Source: Truepera sp.
Lineage (GTDB): Bacteria > Deinococcota > Deinococci > Deinococcales > Trueperaceae
Assembly: GCA_965218435.1 (NCBI GenBank)
Contig: CBDCKW010000009.1
Span: forward strand, 1,088,001 to 1,152,000
Direction of reading: 5' to 3'
DNA length: 64,000 nucleotides
The stretch's first letter is position 1. Each line of letters starts with the position of its first letter. The notes under the pieces are model-generated. The model was not told the DNA's origin. It searched no databases and saw only the letters and a list, made by a program, of their open reading frames with translations. Position numbers and translations under genes: made by a program. Shown in pieces: positions 10,914 to 20,819 of the stretch.

Positions 10914-11633
10914 TTATGTAGCGCTCGAGCGGCGCACTTCGCGGACTAAAACAAACGCCTCGGCTGCTCTAAGGTTGACAGTAGAGCCGCGCAGCTGCGC
11001 GAGGGCCGTGATGGACTCGAGCGAGCGTTCATTGGGAAAGTCCCGCAGCTGACTGCTGTAAGCGCGCATCGCTGCCAGTTTGACCTCGAGCGTCCCCGTG
11101 ATGTCAAAAAAGGCCGTCGGCAAAAATCCGGGCGTAAGGAGCGGCGCGTTCCAGTTGGTTTCAGACAGCGTTTCGTAGGCGTAAATCCGTGCGGGTACTG
11201 CCACACCGTTGGGGCGCGCCGCGACCATCGCCGCGTTAAAAATAATCTGATGGTCGAGGTGAATGTCACCTAAAAAGGGAACGAAAAGCGTGGTCGGCGC
11301 GACCTTCTGCATCACCTCGGCGAGTGCTCCGTTGACCTCAGCTTGCGGAATTGTGTCCAGATAAGCTGCGGGCAACTGGTCTAAAAAATAGGTTTCGTTG
11401 ACCCCTAAAAGCTCGTGGGCGTGCGCCGCTTCTCGTCTGACGGTCTCGACCTGCTCGGGGCTAAAGTGACGCGCTTGCCCTTTACTGGTGATACAGACGA
11501 CGACGCGGTGACCCTGAGCCGCGAGGCTGGCAATGGTACCCCCGACACCGAGCACTTCGTCGTCGGGGTGAGGCGCAAAAATGAGAACGGTTTCTCGAGG
11601 CTCAGTCAAGGGTTTAATCATAGGTTTAGTCAT
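10914..11633 (-). CDS. PIG-L/LmbE family N-acetyl-sugar deacetylase
   Basis: APHPDDE and HLDH metal-binding motifs. Confidence 0.9.
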   Translation of the reverse strand: MTKPMIKPLTEPRETVLIFAPHPDDEVLGVGGTIASLAAQGHRVVVCITSKGQARHFSPEQVETVRREAAHAHELLGVNETYFLDQLPAAYLDTIPQAEVNGALAEVMQKVAPTTLFVPFLGDIHLDHQIIFNAAMVAARPNGVAVPARIYAYETLSETNWNAPLLTPGFLPTAFFDITGTLEVKLAAMRAYSSQLRDFPNERSLESITALAQLRGSTVNLRAAEAFVLVREVRRSSAT

Positions 11634-12591
11634 GCGTCTCCTGGGTACGTGACAGCGACGTGTAGAGCTCGAGCCAGTTGATACCCAGCTGGTCGTGGAC
11701 TTTGAGAACCTCTCGAGCGGGGCGAACACCGTCAGCCGTTTCTACTTCTGAGACCAGAATGTGCTGCTTGTCGCCGCACTGAATCAGCGCCCCGTCAGCT
11801 GAGAGCTGCTGCACTTGCCCCGGCAACCCCCAATAAGGGGCCTCGCCCACCAAGGTCGCCTCCCAAAGCACCAGCTTGTCCCCTTTGTAAAAGGTAAACG
11901 CGCCCGGATACGGTCGGCTTACGGCGCGGATGAGCGTCCACACCTCGTCTGCGCCTTCATGCCAGTCAATCAGACCGTCATCGGCTGTGCGTTTAGCGCA
12001 GTAACTCGCGCCCGTTTGGGGTTGCGGGTGACGGGGCGGAGACCCACTCTCCAAAAGGGGCAACGCTGTGGCCATCAACTCACGCAGGAGCTCGAGCTGT
12101 TTGGCGTAGAGCGTGGTGACGGTTTCGTCGGGGTGTAAGGCCAGCTCGCGCTGCACCAAAATGTCTCCCGAATCAACCCCTCGGTCGAGCCAGAACAGCG
12201 TCGCCCCGGTGCGGCGCTGCCGCTGCAAGATCGTCCAGGGGAGAACGGCGCGACCGCGATTTTCCGGGATCAGGGCCGGGTGGTAACCGAGCAGCTGAGC
12301 GTCAAGCGCGAAAAATCCTTCACGCAAAATCTGCGACCAGCCGATGACCATCAGGTAATCCGGGTCCAGTTCGCGGAGCTGCGCTAGCACCTCGGGGCGG
12401 TTGACGTTGGCCGTTTCGATGACCTTGACGTTGTGCTCTGCTGCGAGCGGACGCAGGTCAACAAAGTCGGAGTGTCTGCTCGAGCGGCTGAGCGGGAGCG
12501 TCAGAAGCGCGAGCGGCGGCGTCCCATAGTCAATTAGGCATTCAAGGGCGACGCGGGTGCTGTCAACCGCGCCGATAAGTACGATGTTCAT
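11626..12591 (-). CDS. Formyltransferase (Fmt/ArnA-N-like, probably a sugar N-formyltransferase)
   Basis: GYHPALIPENRG, DRGVDSGDI, RAVSRPYPGAF. Confidence 0.85.
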   Translation of the reverse strand: MNIVLIGAVDSTRVALECLIDYGTPPLALLTLPLSRSSRHSDFVDLRPLAAEHNVKVIETANVNRPEVLAQLRELDPDYLMVIGWSQILREGFFALDAQLLGYHPALIPENRGRAVLPWTILQRQRRTGATLFWLDRGVDSGDILVQRELALHPDETVTTLYAKQLELLRELMATALPLLESGSPPRHPQPQTGASYCAKRTADDGLIDWHEGADEVWTLIRAVSRPYPGAFTFYKGDKLVLWEATLVGEAPYWGLPGQVQQLSADGALIQCGDKQHILVSEVETADGVRPAREVLKVHDQLGINWLELYTSLSRTQETHD

Positions 12592-13198
12592 ATCTCTGCG
12601 CCTCCTCGAGCGCGTGCTGATTGGGTTTTTCACCGAACAAAACGACTTCGGCGGTGCGGAGTAAAATCTGCAGGTCAAACCCAAGCGACCAGTGATCCAC
12701 GTAAAAGACGTCGAGGGCGATGCGTTCGTCCCAAGTGAGTTCAATATTGCCGTTGACCTGCGCCCAGCCCGTCACACCGGGTTGAAGCCGTAAACGGCGT
12801 TTTTGAAAGGTGTCGTACAGGGCTGCTTGCTCGAGCAGGGTGGGGCGCGGCCCGACGAGGCTCAGCTCGCCCCGTAAAACGTTAAAGAGCTGCGGGAGTT
12901 CATCAATTTTCAGGCGTCTGATCACCCGGCCCGTGCGCGTGACCAGCGGGTGCGCTCCGGTCACCGTGCCCATCGTCGTGACGTCGGCGTCATTGACCTT
13001 CATACTGCGAAACTTGAAGATACTAAAGGCGGTGTCACCCCGACCGGCGCGTTTTTGGCTGAAAAAGACCGGGCGACCGTCCTCGAGCAAAATCAGCAGT
13101 ACGGTCACGAGCAGTAGGGGAGACAAAATGAATAGGACGGCCGAAGCGACGGTGAGGTCGAGTGCACGTTTGACGAACAGCGAGAGAGTACGAATCAT
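12563..13198 (-). CDS. Bacterial sugar transferase (initiating phosphoglycosyl transferase, PglC-like)
   Basis: KFRSM, DELPQLFNVLRGELSLVGPRP, PGVTGWAQVNG. Confidence 0.93.
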   Translation of the reverse strand: MIRTLSLFVKRALDLTVASAVLFILSPLLLVTVLLILLEDGRPVFFSQKRAGRGDTAFSIFKFRSMKVNDADVTTMGTVTGAHPLVTRTGRVIRRLKIDELPQLFNVLRGELSLVGPRPTLLEQAALYDTFQKRRLRLQPGVTGWAQVNGNIELTWDERIALDVFYVDHWSLGFDLQILLRTAEVVLFGEKPNQHALEEAQRYEHRTYRRG

Positions 13199-13257
13199 GC
13201 TCCCCAACGCTAACATCCCAGCAACCTAAAACGGCGTACTTTTGTCCGGCACCAAGC

Positions 13258-13692
13258 TCAGTTGAGCGGCCGAACAAACTTGATCGGATCGTCCTTTGAA
13301 CGTCGCTGCCGTGCTAACAAGTACGCGCCCAACCCGAGCGGCCCCGCAAAAAGCGTGATGAGCACATAGACTCGAGGCTCCATGCCCCAGTATTTAGCGT
13401 CACGGAAAATCCACACGCCCGCGAAGAGGTCGAGGGTCAACAGATGTGCCCACACCGCCAAAAAGCCCCACTCGAGGCTCAGCCCGCGCCGTAAACCGTC
13501 AAGCGACAAATCAAAGCCTGAACCGGTAGCTAGCGCCCCTAAGAGAAGGAGCGTGTAAACTCCAGCCAGTACGATATACGGCCAGTACGCCTGCACCAGC
13601 CGCTGCGTAAAACGCGTTTTGGGAAAGAGCAGCATCCCGAGCCAGAGCGGGAGCGGCAAGACGTTGAGAAGACTAAAGACGGTTTCGGCCAT
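13258..13692 (-). CDS. ABA4-like/DUF4281 membrane protein
   Basis: Hydrophobic; WAHLLTLDLFAGVWI and GPLGL motifs. Confidence 0.75.
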   Translation of the reverse strand: MAETVFSLLNVLPLPLWLGMLLFPKTRFTQRLVQAYWPYIVLAGVYTLLLLGALATGSGFDLSLDGLRRGLSLEWGFLAVWAHLLTLDLFAGVWIFRDAKYWGMEPRVYVLITLFAGPLGLGAYLLARQRRSKDDPIKFVRPLN

Positions 13693-13826
13693 GCTTTAGT
13701 CTAACGGACACAGCCAGGGCAGTTGGACTAGACGTTGCGGAAAATATAGGAGTCAGTGGTAAGCATTCAGAAGTCAGTAGGTGCCTACGTTTGCCCTAAT
13801 TTCTCGTTTTGTATTTCAGCTAAAAT

Positions 13827-15188
13827 CTAAAGCGTCATAAACAGGTTGTTGAGCGATTCGCTCAGCGTCGGGTGGGCGAAGGGGGAATCGCGCAGCGCGG
13901 TGTAAGGCAGCTTGCCCAGCATCGCTACCTGCAAGACGCTCATCACTTCGCCGCCCTCGAGTCCTAAAATCGCTGCCCCTAAAATTTGGTCGGTCTCCGG
14001 GTCTACGAGCGCCTTCATAAAGCCCCGAGTCTGACCCGTTTCAATCGCCCGCGCCACGCTGCTCATCGGCAGTTTGGCGACCTTAAACGCCTTCCCCTGC
14101 GCCTCAGCGTCTCGTTCGCCTAGCCCCACCCGCCCGAGCTGCGGGTCCATAAAGACCGTGTAAGGCACGATGCGACCTTCCGTGCTGCGGTCGCCGCCAT
14201 CTAATAGATTTGCCTTAAGGATACGAAAGTCGTCATACGAGATATGGGTAAATGCCGGTCCGCCTTTGATGTCGCCGAGGGCGTACACACCGGGGACGTT
14301 GGTCTCGAGCTTGTCGCTGACCTCGATATAACCCTTGGCGTCCGTGTGGATGCCAGCCGCCCCCAGATTTAAGAAGTTGCTGTTGGGCGTGCGTCCGGTC
14401 GCCACCAATAGATGTGAACCCGAAACGCTCTCGCCGCCTTTTAGCGAGAGGGTTACACCGTTTTCAGAACTGATTTTCTCGGTTGTTGCGCCGAGCAGCA
14501 CCGTCACGCCGTCCTCACGTAAAATATCGGCTACCGCGTCCGCGACGTCTTGGTCTTCACGCGGGAGGAGCTGCTTACCGCGCTGAATAATCGTTACCTC
14601 GCTCCCAAAACGGCGGAACATCTGGGCAAACTCGAGCCCGATGTACCCGCCGCCCAAGATGACCAAGTGCTCAGGTACTTCGCCCAGTTCCATAATCGAC
14701 GTCGAGGTCAAAAAGGGTGTATCTTTAAGTCCTTCAACCGGCGGAATACTGGGCCGTTCCCCAGCGTTGATGGCAATCGTCTCGGCGCTGAGCATTCGCT
14801 GGCCGCCGCCATTAAGCGCCACCGCGACCGTCTTCTCACCTGTAAACGTCGCTTCGCCCCAGATCAGCTCGATCTGCTCATTTTTCTCAAGGCTCTTCTG
14901 GTTGCCGTCTCTAAACGACGCGACCACCTCGTCTTTACGCGCCCTCACTTGCGCCATAGCTACGCTGACCGGCCCCGTATGCACGCCGAAGTCGGTGGAG
15001 CGGCCCGCAAGATACGCGGTCTTGGCGCTCGCCACCATTGTTTTGGTCGGCGTACAGCCTTCGTTGACGCAGGTTCCGCCGACGTGTTTACGTTCGATAA
15101 GCGCGACGCGTTGGCCTGCCGCTGCCGCCGCACTTGCCAGCGGGCCACCTGCTTGCCCGGAACCGATAACAATGAGATCAAAGTCCAT
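13827..15188 (-). CDS. Pyridine nucleotide-disulfide oxidoreductase (mercuric reductase-like/RclA-like)
   Basis: [13 protein letters not shown] redox disulfide, GGGYIG, C-terminal HPTLSE; lacks the MerA C-terminal CC. Confidence 0.88.
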   Translation of the reverse strand: MDFDLIVIGSGQAGGPLASAAAAAGQRVALIERKHVGGTCVNEGCTPTKTMVASAKTAYLAGRSTDFGVHTGPVSVAMAQVRARKDEVVASFRDGNQKSLEKNEQIELIWGEATFTGEKTVAVALNGGGQRMLSAETIAINAGERPSIPPVEGLKDTPFLTSTSIMELGEVPEHLVILGGGYIGLEFAQMFRRFGSEVTIIQRGKQLLPREDQDVADAVADILREDGVTVLLGATTEKISSENGVTLSLKGGESVSGSHLLVATGRTPNSNFLNLGAAGIHTDAKGYIEVSDKLETNVPGVYALGDIKGGPAFTHISYDDFRILKANLLDGGDRSTEGRIVPYTVFMDPQLGRVGLGERDAEAQGKAFKVAKLPMSSVARAIETGQTRGFMKALVDPETDQILGAAILGLEGGEVMSVLQVAMLGKLPYTALRDSPFAHPTLSESLNNLFMTL

Positions 15189-15316
15189 GTTTTACGTTAT
15201 CGCATGTCCCGGTAGTATGGATGTACGTCATTTAACGCACTAAAGGCTGACGTACGATCTTAAAGTGCGTACCAAAGGGTCTTTACCTACATTCACCGTT
15301 AGGAGGCTGCACCAGC

Positions 15317-15344
15317 AAAGGCAGCACGGAAGGTTGCTGCCTTT
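15317..15344. terminator. Intrinsic terminator-like hairpin
   Basis: AAAGGCAGCA-N8-TGCTGCCTTT downstream of the S8 gene. Confidence 0.6.
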
Positions 15345-15411
15345 ATTGATGGGTCCAGAACTGAGCTGCCTCGAGCCTTGATGCCTGCTTCTCACTTGCT
15401 ACTTCTAAGGG

Positions 15412-16599
15412 TTAAAGCCCGCTGTAAAGCAGCCGGTTGGGAGCCCCACCGGTATCATGCAGTTTGCTCTTCGTCGTTTGCGCCTCGAGAAGACGCGTCA
15501 CTAAAGCAGGGGACGCGCTCCGGTTTTTCTCCAAGATAAGCGCGGCGACCCCGGCGGCGTGCGGGGCTGCCATCGAAGTTCCGCTCATCGTCAGGCTGCC
15601 CCTCAGCCCCGCCGACGTGACGTCTTCACCGGGAGCGAAGACGTCTACACAGCGTCCACGGTTGCTGCCCTGCCAGAGTTTATCTTGACGGTTGCTGGCC
15701 CCGACCGTCAGCACTTCGGGGACGTGGGCCGGTGAAACGTTGCAGGCGTCGCTACCTTCGTTGCCCGCAGCGACGACGACCGTTACGTTTTGTGAGACGA
15801 GCGCCGCGACCGCCTCGTCAATCGCTCGAGATTTCGGAGACTCGAGGCTCATGTTCGCTACCGACGGGCCGGTGTGGTTGAAGTTCACCCAATCGATCCC
15901 GCTGATCACCGCTGAGTTCGACGATTCGCCGTTACAGCTAAATACCCGTACCGCAACCAGCTTGACACCTTTAGCCACGCCGTAAGTTTTGCCGCCGAGG
16001 GTACCTGCGACGTGCGTGCCGTGACCGTAACAGTCGGTGTAACCGTGACCGTCGTCAACCGCCGTAATCCCGCCGACCAAGCGGTCACCGAACTCGCTCC
16101 CGCCGCGAATCCCAGAGTCAATCACATACGCCGTAACGCCTCGCCCCGTCGCCCGGTAACGGTAGCGGCCGTTTAGCGGTAAACTCCGCTGGTCGAGGCG
16201 GTCGAGACCCCAGCTCGGCCGACTCTGGGTTTGAATTTGGGTACCGCTCAGTTTAACCACACGGTCGGGTTCGGCGTAGCGGACGCGCGGGTCGGACTCG
16301 AGTCGTGCGAGCGCCGCCTCGTCTACTCCAGCGGCGACGAAACCGTAAATTACCGCTAAAGTCTGAACGTTTTGCACGCCGAGCGAGGCGGCCACGGCGG
16401 TGGGCTCGAGGCTCATTTGCGGTTGTACAGTTTGCGCACCCCGTTCGGGACGCTCGAGCGCGACAATATACTGACCCGGAATCGTGGCTGCGGTGTCTGT
16501 GGCCGCTTGCGGTGCATCAGAAACACGGGCACACGCGGCTAACAGCGTAGCACTGCATAAGAGGGTGAACAAGAGGTTGGTGTAACTGGTGTGACGCAT
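15412..16599 (-). CDS. S8 subtilisin/aqualysin-like serine protease lipoprotein with I9 propeptide
   Basis: VIDSG, GHGTHVAG, SGTSMAAPH triad; LAAC lipobox. Confidence 0.93.
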   Translation of the reverse strand: MRHTSYTNLLFTLLCSATLLAACARVSDAPQAATDTAATIPGQYIVALERPERGAQTVQPQMSLEPTAVAASLGVQNVQTLAVIYGFVAAGVDEAALARLESDPRVRYAEPDRVVKLSGTQIQTQSRPSWGLDRLDQRSLPLNGRYRYRATGRGVTAYVIDSGIRGGSEFGDRLVGGITAVDDGHGYTDCYGHGTHVAGTLGGKTYGVAKGVKLVAVRVFSCNGESSNSAVISGIDWVNFNHTGPSVANMSLESPKSRAIDEAVAALVSQNVTVVVAAGNEGSDACNVSPAHVPEVLTVGASNRQDKLWQGSNRGRCVDVFAPGEDVTSAGLRGSLTMSGTSMAAPHAAGVAALILEKNRSASPALVTRLLEAQTTKSKLHDTGGAPNRLLYSGL

Positions 16600-16787
16600 A
16601 CTTTCTCCCTGACATTTGCTCCCTGGCATCTGCTGCGCAGACCCCTACTCTATGTCAACACTGCCCTAACAGATGCAAAAAATTTAGCTTGCATCAGGAG
16701 GTTCAAGGTGAGTATAAAGCGGCTTTTGTGGCTTTGATGAGCGCCACTAGCTACTTTGATGAAGCTCTGTTTAACTGCCGGGTTTAG

Positions 16788-17231
16788 CTATTGGGCGGGA
16801 CCCAGCCACACCGTCACGGGGCCGTCGTTGAGTAAACTCACCTGCATGTCCGCGCCGAACTTACCTGTTTGTACCTCGAGCCCCTGTGCCCTGAGCTGTT
16901 CGGCAAAGTAAAGGTAAAGTGCCTCGGCTTCAGCCGGAGGTGCTGCGCCCGTAAAACTCGGGCGGTTACCCCTCGAGGTATCGGCATAGAGCGTAAACTG
17001 ACTCGCCACGAGCGCGGCGTTGCCAGCTTCTCTCACACTGAGGTTCATCTTGCCCGCGTCGTCGTTAAAGATTCTCAGTTTGGCGATTTTCACCGCGAGG
17101 GTGTCGGTGTCCTTTTGAGTGTCACCGTGACCGACGCCGAGCAAGACGAGGAGACCCGGCCCGATCTCGCCGACGGTCTGCCCTGCGACCGTCACACGGG
17201 CAAAAGTGACCCGCTGTAAAAGTGCGCGCAC
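16788..17231 (-). CDS. dtd: D-aminoacyl-tRNA deacylase
   Basis: MRALLQRV, SQFTL, NDGPVT. Confidence 0.97.
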   Translation of the reverse strand: MRALLQRVTFARVTVAGQTVGEIGPGLLVLLGVGHGDTQKDTDTLAVKIAKLRIFNDDAGKMNLSVREAGNAALVASQFTLYADTSRGNRPSFTGAAPPAEAEALYLYFAEQLRAQGLEVQTGKFGADMQVSLLNDGPVTVWLGPAQ

Positions 17232-17246
17232 GGTTAGGTTGCCAGC

Positions 17247-17534
17247 TCAGCTCTCGAGCGGTGATTTGTCCGGGTGCTTGGCTGGAAACTCGGCGAGCCG
17301 CCCCTGCACGGTCTCGAGCGCGTGGTGCAGCGTACTCCGCTCGGTCTCATCTAAGTTGCCGTTCGTTTTTTGCTGGAGCATCTTGAGGAGGTCTAAACTC
17401 CGTTCGCCGGTTCGCCGCGCGAGCACGCCGTCTCGGGCGAGGTGCCGCACCATCGGGCTGTCGGCCTCGCCCAACGCGGCCTCCGCCGAGGCGAGCAGCG
17501 AATGCACCAGGCCGATAAAGCGGGGATCACTCAT
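17247..17534 (-). CDS. DUF1844-like protein
   Basis: LDLLKMLQQKTNGNLDETE motif. Confidence 0.7.
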   Translation of the reverse strand: MSDPRFIGLVHSLLASAEAALGEADSPMVRHLARDGVLARRTGERSLDLLKMLQQKTNGNLDETERSTLHHALETVQGRLAEFPAKHPDKSPLES

Positions 17535-17547
17535 CTTCTGGTACTCA

Positions 17548-18171
17548 TTAAAAAAGCCCGTCTTGCTGCGCACTGTCAATCACCAGCGAACTCGCCGGTT
17601 TCGGCCCGAGGGCGTCGAGCGTTTCTTTAAGCGTGCGGATGTCTTCCCACATAAGCCATTTGGGAGAGCCTTTTTCGCGGCTCGGGTTACGGAGCAAATA
17701 GGCGGGGTGAAACATCGGAAAGATGCGGATGTTGTGCCACTCGAACCATTTGCCGCGCGTTTTGGTGATGCCGTCTTTCGTTCCGGCAAAATACTGCGTG
17801 GGAAAGTTGCCCAGCGTCGCAATGATCTGCGGACGAATCAGCTTGAGCTGTTCTAATAAGACCGGCTCGGACGCCAAAATCTCGTCGGGTTTGGGGTTGC
17901 GGTTATTTGGCGGGCGGTACTTGAGGATATTGGTGATGTAAATGTCCTCACGTTCGATATGCCCGCTTTCTAAAATGCGGTCTAACAGCTGTCCGGCGCG
18001 CCCGACGAAGGGGCGGCCCTGCGCGTCCTCGTCTTCACCGGGCGCTTCGCCGATAATCACGAGGTCGGCGTCGGGGTTGCCTTCGCCGAACACGAGGTTG
18101 GCCGCCAGTTCTGAGAGCGCACCGGATCGGGCCGTGTCTTTGGCTTGTTGCTCTAATTCCAAAAGCGTCAT
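17548..18171 (-). CDS. Uracil-DNA glycosylase, family 4
   Basis: [27 protein letters not shown]; the usual Fe-S Cys ligands are not evident. Confidence 0.9.
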   Translation of the reverse strand: MTLLELEQQAKDTARSGALSELAANLVFGEGNPDADLVIIGEAPGEDEDAQGRPFVGRAGQLLDRILESGHIEREDIYITNILKYRPPNNRNPKPDEILASEPVLLEQLKLIRPQIIATLGNFPTQYFAGTKDGITKTRGKWFEWHNIRIFPMFHPAYLLRNPSREKGSPKWLMWEDIRTLKETLDALGPKPASSLVIDSAQQDGLF

Positions 18172-18286
18172 AGCCAGATTTTACCCTAGCCCCCAGCCCC
18201 AAACCACGTGTCAGGGTGCGAACTTACGCCGAAGCTAAGTTTGGTAACGCCCCCGCACGTTGCCGATATTTTTAGTGCGTGTATTT

Positions 18287-18670
18287 TTAGTGCGTACCGT
18301 TTTGGGACAGCTTGGGCCGCTGACTCCGTACCTCACGGCGAACTTTGGGCTCGAGGCCGATCATCAAAAAAAAGTTTTCCAGAGCGTTTTCTTGCCCTTT
18401 GATGTCAATATGTTCGCTTTCGCCGGTACCCGTGACAAACGGCAGCTCTTTGTAACAGTTGAGCGCGTGCATGACGACGGCGTTCGGGGGCTGCGTTTCG
18501 GCGATTTCAGCGAGGCGGGCGTAGATGCTGCGGCGCGCTTCGGCGTGCGCACAAAAGGCTTCAGGATTATCGGTCTCAGGCGCTCTCAGTACGTCTTGTC
18601 TGGCGATGCGGCGGTAGTGCTTAAGTCCTCTAAGAATCTCGTCTGAGCTTAACACAACCCTTACATCCAT
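18287..18670 (-). CDS. Hypothetical protein
   Basis: 127-aa ORF co-oriented with its neighbours, coding-like composition. Confidence 0.7.
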   Translation of the reverse strand: MDVRVVLSSDEILRGLKHYRRIARQDVLRAPETDNPEAFCAHAEARRSIYARLAEIAETQPPNAVVMHALNCYKELPFVTGTGESEHIDIKGQENALENFFLMIGLEPKVRREVRSQRPKLSQNGTH

Positions 18671-18913
18671 CAGTTACGCCCCCTTGTGTAATGCCGAAGC
18701 TTTTGTTGACATAATTGCCCCGGATTATAGCAGGTCTGTCTTAGCGTAGCGGTGTTCGCCAAACAAGTCAGCTGGCTCCTAAGCTAAACGCCTCGAGCAG
18801 AAGTGGTGGCGTTCTCGAGCCGTAAAACTTACAAGCTGATAAAAAACTTGCAACCCGACACCGCCAACTGACAAGACCGAAAACTTAGCTGTTGGTCAAA
18901 TCAAGGCGGCGGT

Positions 18914-19156
18914 TCACGCCTCGAGCTTTTTAATCGGGATAGGCGGCGTTACTAGGTTTTCAGTCCGCGCTTCTTTGAGGTCACCGCAAAAACGGGCGAG
19001 GTCGGAAATCTCTAACGCCTCCGAGGTGTAGGCGCAGCGGCGGCACTCGAGCTCGGAAAAGCCTTCGGTGTACATATACGTGACGGTATCGCTGCCCCCA
19101 CACTGCGGGCACAGTTCGCCGAGCTCGAGACCTTCAGCGTCAAAATTCACGGTCAA
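18914..19156 (-). CDS. Small zinc-ribbon protein
   Basis: CPQC...CRRC; GGGAGG RBS. Confidence 0.7.
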   Translation of the reverse strand: MTVNFDAEGLELGELCPQCGGSDTVTYMYTEGFSELECRRCAYTSEALEISDLARFCGDLKEARTENLVTPPIPIKKLEA

Positions 19157-19811
19157 CCTCCCTTAATGGTCATTCTAAACCCAGCGTAGAACGAGCGGTG
19201 TTTTGAAAAGGTGACTTAACCCGCTTCCAGGTAAAATCAGTTGGTTCGGTACACTTATGAGTATGAAGCTGACGCACGCGCCGCCGGGTTACCGAAGTCC
19301 CTTTTTAGATGTCGTGGAAGGACTCGAGCCTCCCACGATATTAGACTTGTTCCCGAATAGACATCAAGTGAGCCAGAGGTTCCATAAACCTGCTGAGACG
19401 ACGAGCACATCGTCTTCAAAGTTGTCTCTATGGTTGCGGTAAGGAGTCGTAAGAATACGAAACCGTTTCATTCCGCCGATAGCGTGCTCGATAAAAACTC
19501 TCAACTTGGCTAAGGCACGGTTGTCTTGCTTCTGTTCGGGGCTAAGGTGCGGGTCAGGCTTCTTTTTGCTTTTGCGCGGTTTCTTGTGGGGAATGCGAAT
19601 ACTGAGACCTTGATAGTCTGTCTGTATCCCTTGATAGCCCAAGTCGAGTAGTACTTCAGTGTCTGCAAACCAAGCCTTTTCCGAAGGAAACTCTGTTTTA
19701 AGCATGGTGTAGTCATGCGTTTTACCCGGGAAAGTCTGACCCAAGAACAAAATGACCTTGTTCGCTGAGGAGAAAACGGTGTTCTTCAAGGTATGGCGCT
19801 TTTTTTACCAC

Positions 19812-19847
19812 GTCTTGGACAAAACGGCACCTCCCGGGCCTGTCCGC
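19812..19847 (+). mobile_element. 36-bp hairpin micro-insertion, copy A
   Basis: GTCTTGGACAAAACGGCACCTCCCGGGCCTGTCCGC interrupts the transposase YSGKK motif. Confidence 0.75.
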
Positions 19848-20031
19848 TATAGTGTTCACGTTGTTTTTCGTCATCACTTGGACGTTGATAGAGACGCTCA
19901 GTTACATCAACTAGCAGATGCTCTAGGTCTACGTTTGCCAGGGTGATTTTAAGTGCTTCGGCATTAGCAAACGTGCGTTCAGGCAAAACTCCCAAGCTTG
20001 CCAAAGTCTTAGACATGATAGGGGTCAGTCT

Positions 20032-20069
20032 GCGGACAGGCCCCTTTCGGGTGCCGTTTTGTCCAAGAC
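20032..20069 (-). mobile_element. 38-bp hairpin micro-insertion, copy B
   Basis: GTCTTGGACAAAACGGCACCCGAAAGGGGCCTGTCCGC on the minus strand; removal restores ENVH-RLTPIMSK. Confidence 0.75.
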
Positions 20070-20819
20070 ATGGACGTTTTCACAAGCTTTTGAACGCGCC
20101 ATATCAAAGTGGGTTCCCAGCACATCAAACGTCGGATAATTCTTGAAGTAGTAAAGCATGAACAACAGCTTTGCCTCGGCACTGGCTAACTTGCCTTTTT
20201 GCCCTCCACCCGACCTACGCTGTTTTAGCCCTTGTACATACGCTTGCTCCTGCTCAGCCTGGTGGATTTTCGCAAACACTTTCGCCAGAACCTTGAACTT
20301 CTCGCTTGATAGACCTGTCAGTGCTTTTAATTGTCGCTCGTCTCGTATCTTCGCTAGCATTTCGCTACTTTAGCAGCTTCTCCTCACTATTAGGGAACTA
20401 CTCTATTGACCCAACAGAGTGACGTTTTTTACCGGGACGCACAGCTGACAGCGTTTATCTCTGCGGCGCGGTGCCAAGCTGTTGGCGGCAACGCGCTCAT
20501 CGTTCCCAATATCCCTTACGAAAATTTCTACGCCATGCCCGACACTCTGCTCGGCACACTACACGCGTTCTCTAAACGCCTCGCGCTGGCGTTTAAGACG
20601 GTCTACGGTTGTGACGGCGTACTTTTACGGCAGCACAACGAACCGGCGGGCAGTCAAGATGTGTGGCACTATCATCTGCACGTCATTCCGCGCTTTACGG
20701 ATGACGAGTTTTACGCTACAAAGCCGCAAAAAGTCTGGACGACCCCGGAAGAGAGAGCTCCTTACGCTCGAGCCCTAAAAAATTACTTTGCCGAGAGCAT
20801 TTAAGCCGTCTAAGTCTTA

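Larger units (their letters stand above)
19344..20403 (-). mobile_element. IS5-family (ISL2-like, DDE_Tnp_4) insertion sequence, inactivated
   Basis: Imperfect terminal IRs (GACTTGTTCCCGAATAG / CTATTAGGGAACTACTC), TA duplication, transposase fragments with HTH, DLGYQG and IEHAIGGMKRFRIL. Confidence 0.9.
19263..20804 (+). pseudogene. HIT family protein interrupted by an IS
   Basis: Removing 19344-20403 plus one TA rejoins MKLTHAPPGYRSPF...TIL with LTQQSDVFY...HYHLHVIPR in frame. Confidence 0.85.

Noticed and set aside
11626..12591. fmt (Met-tRNA formyltransferase)
   Set aside because: Sugar-modification context and divergent motifs (HPALIP, no adjacent def).
13827..15188. merA mercury resistance
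   Set aside because: No C-terminal Cys-Cys pair, no NmerA domain and no mer operon.
14550..15243. Long antisense ORFs here and at 21337-21972, 47275-48237 and elsewhere
   Set aside because: Shadow frames opposite well-supported genes in GC-rich DNA, with no recognisable motifs.
19812..20069. The two 36-38 bp copies as CRISPR repeats or as the terminal IRs of one element
   Set aside because: Only two copies, inverted, about 185 bp apart, with no cas genes; the intervening DNA is colinear transposase sequence.
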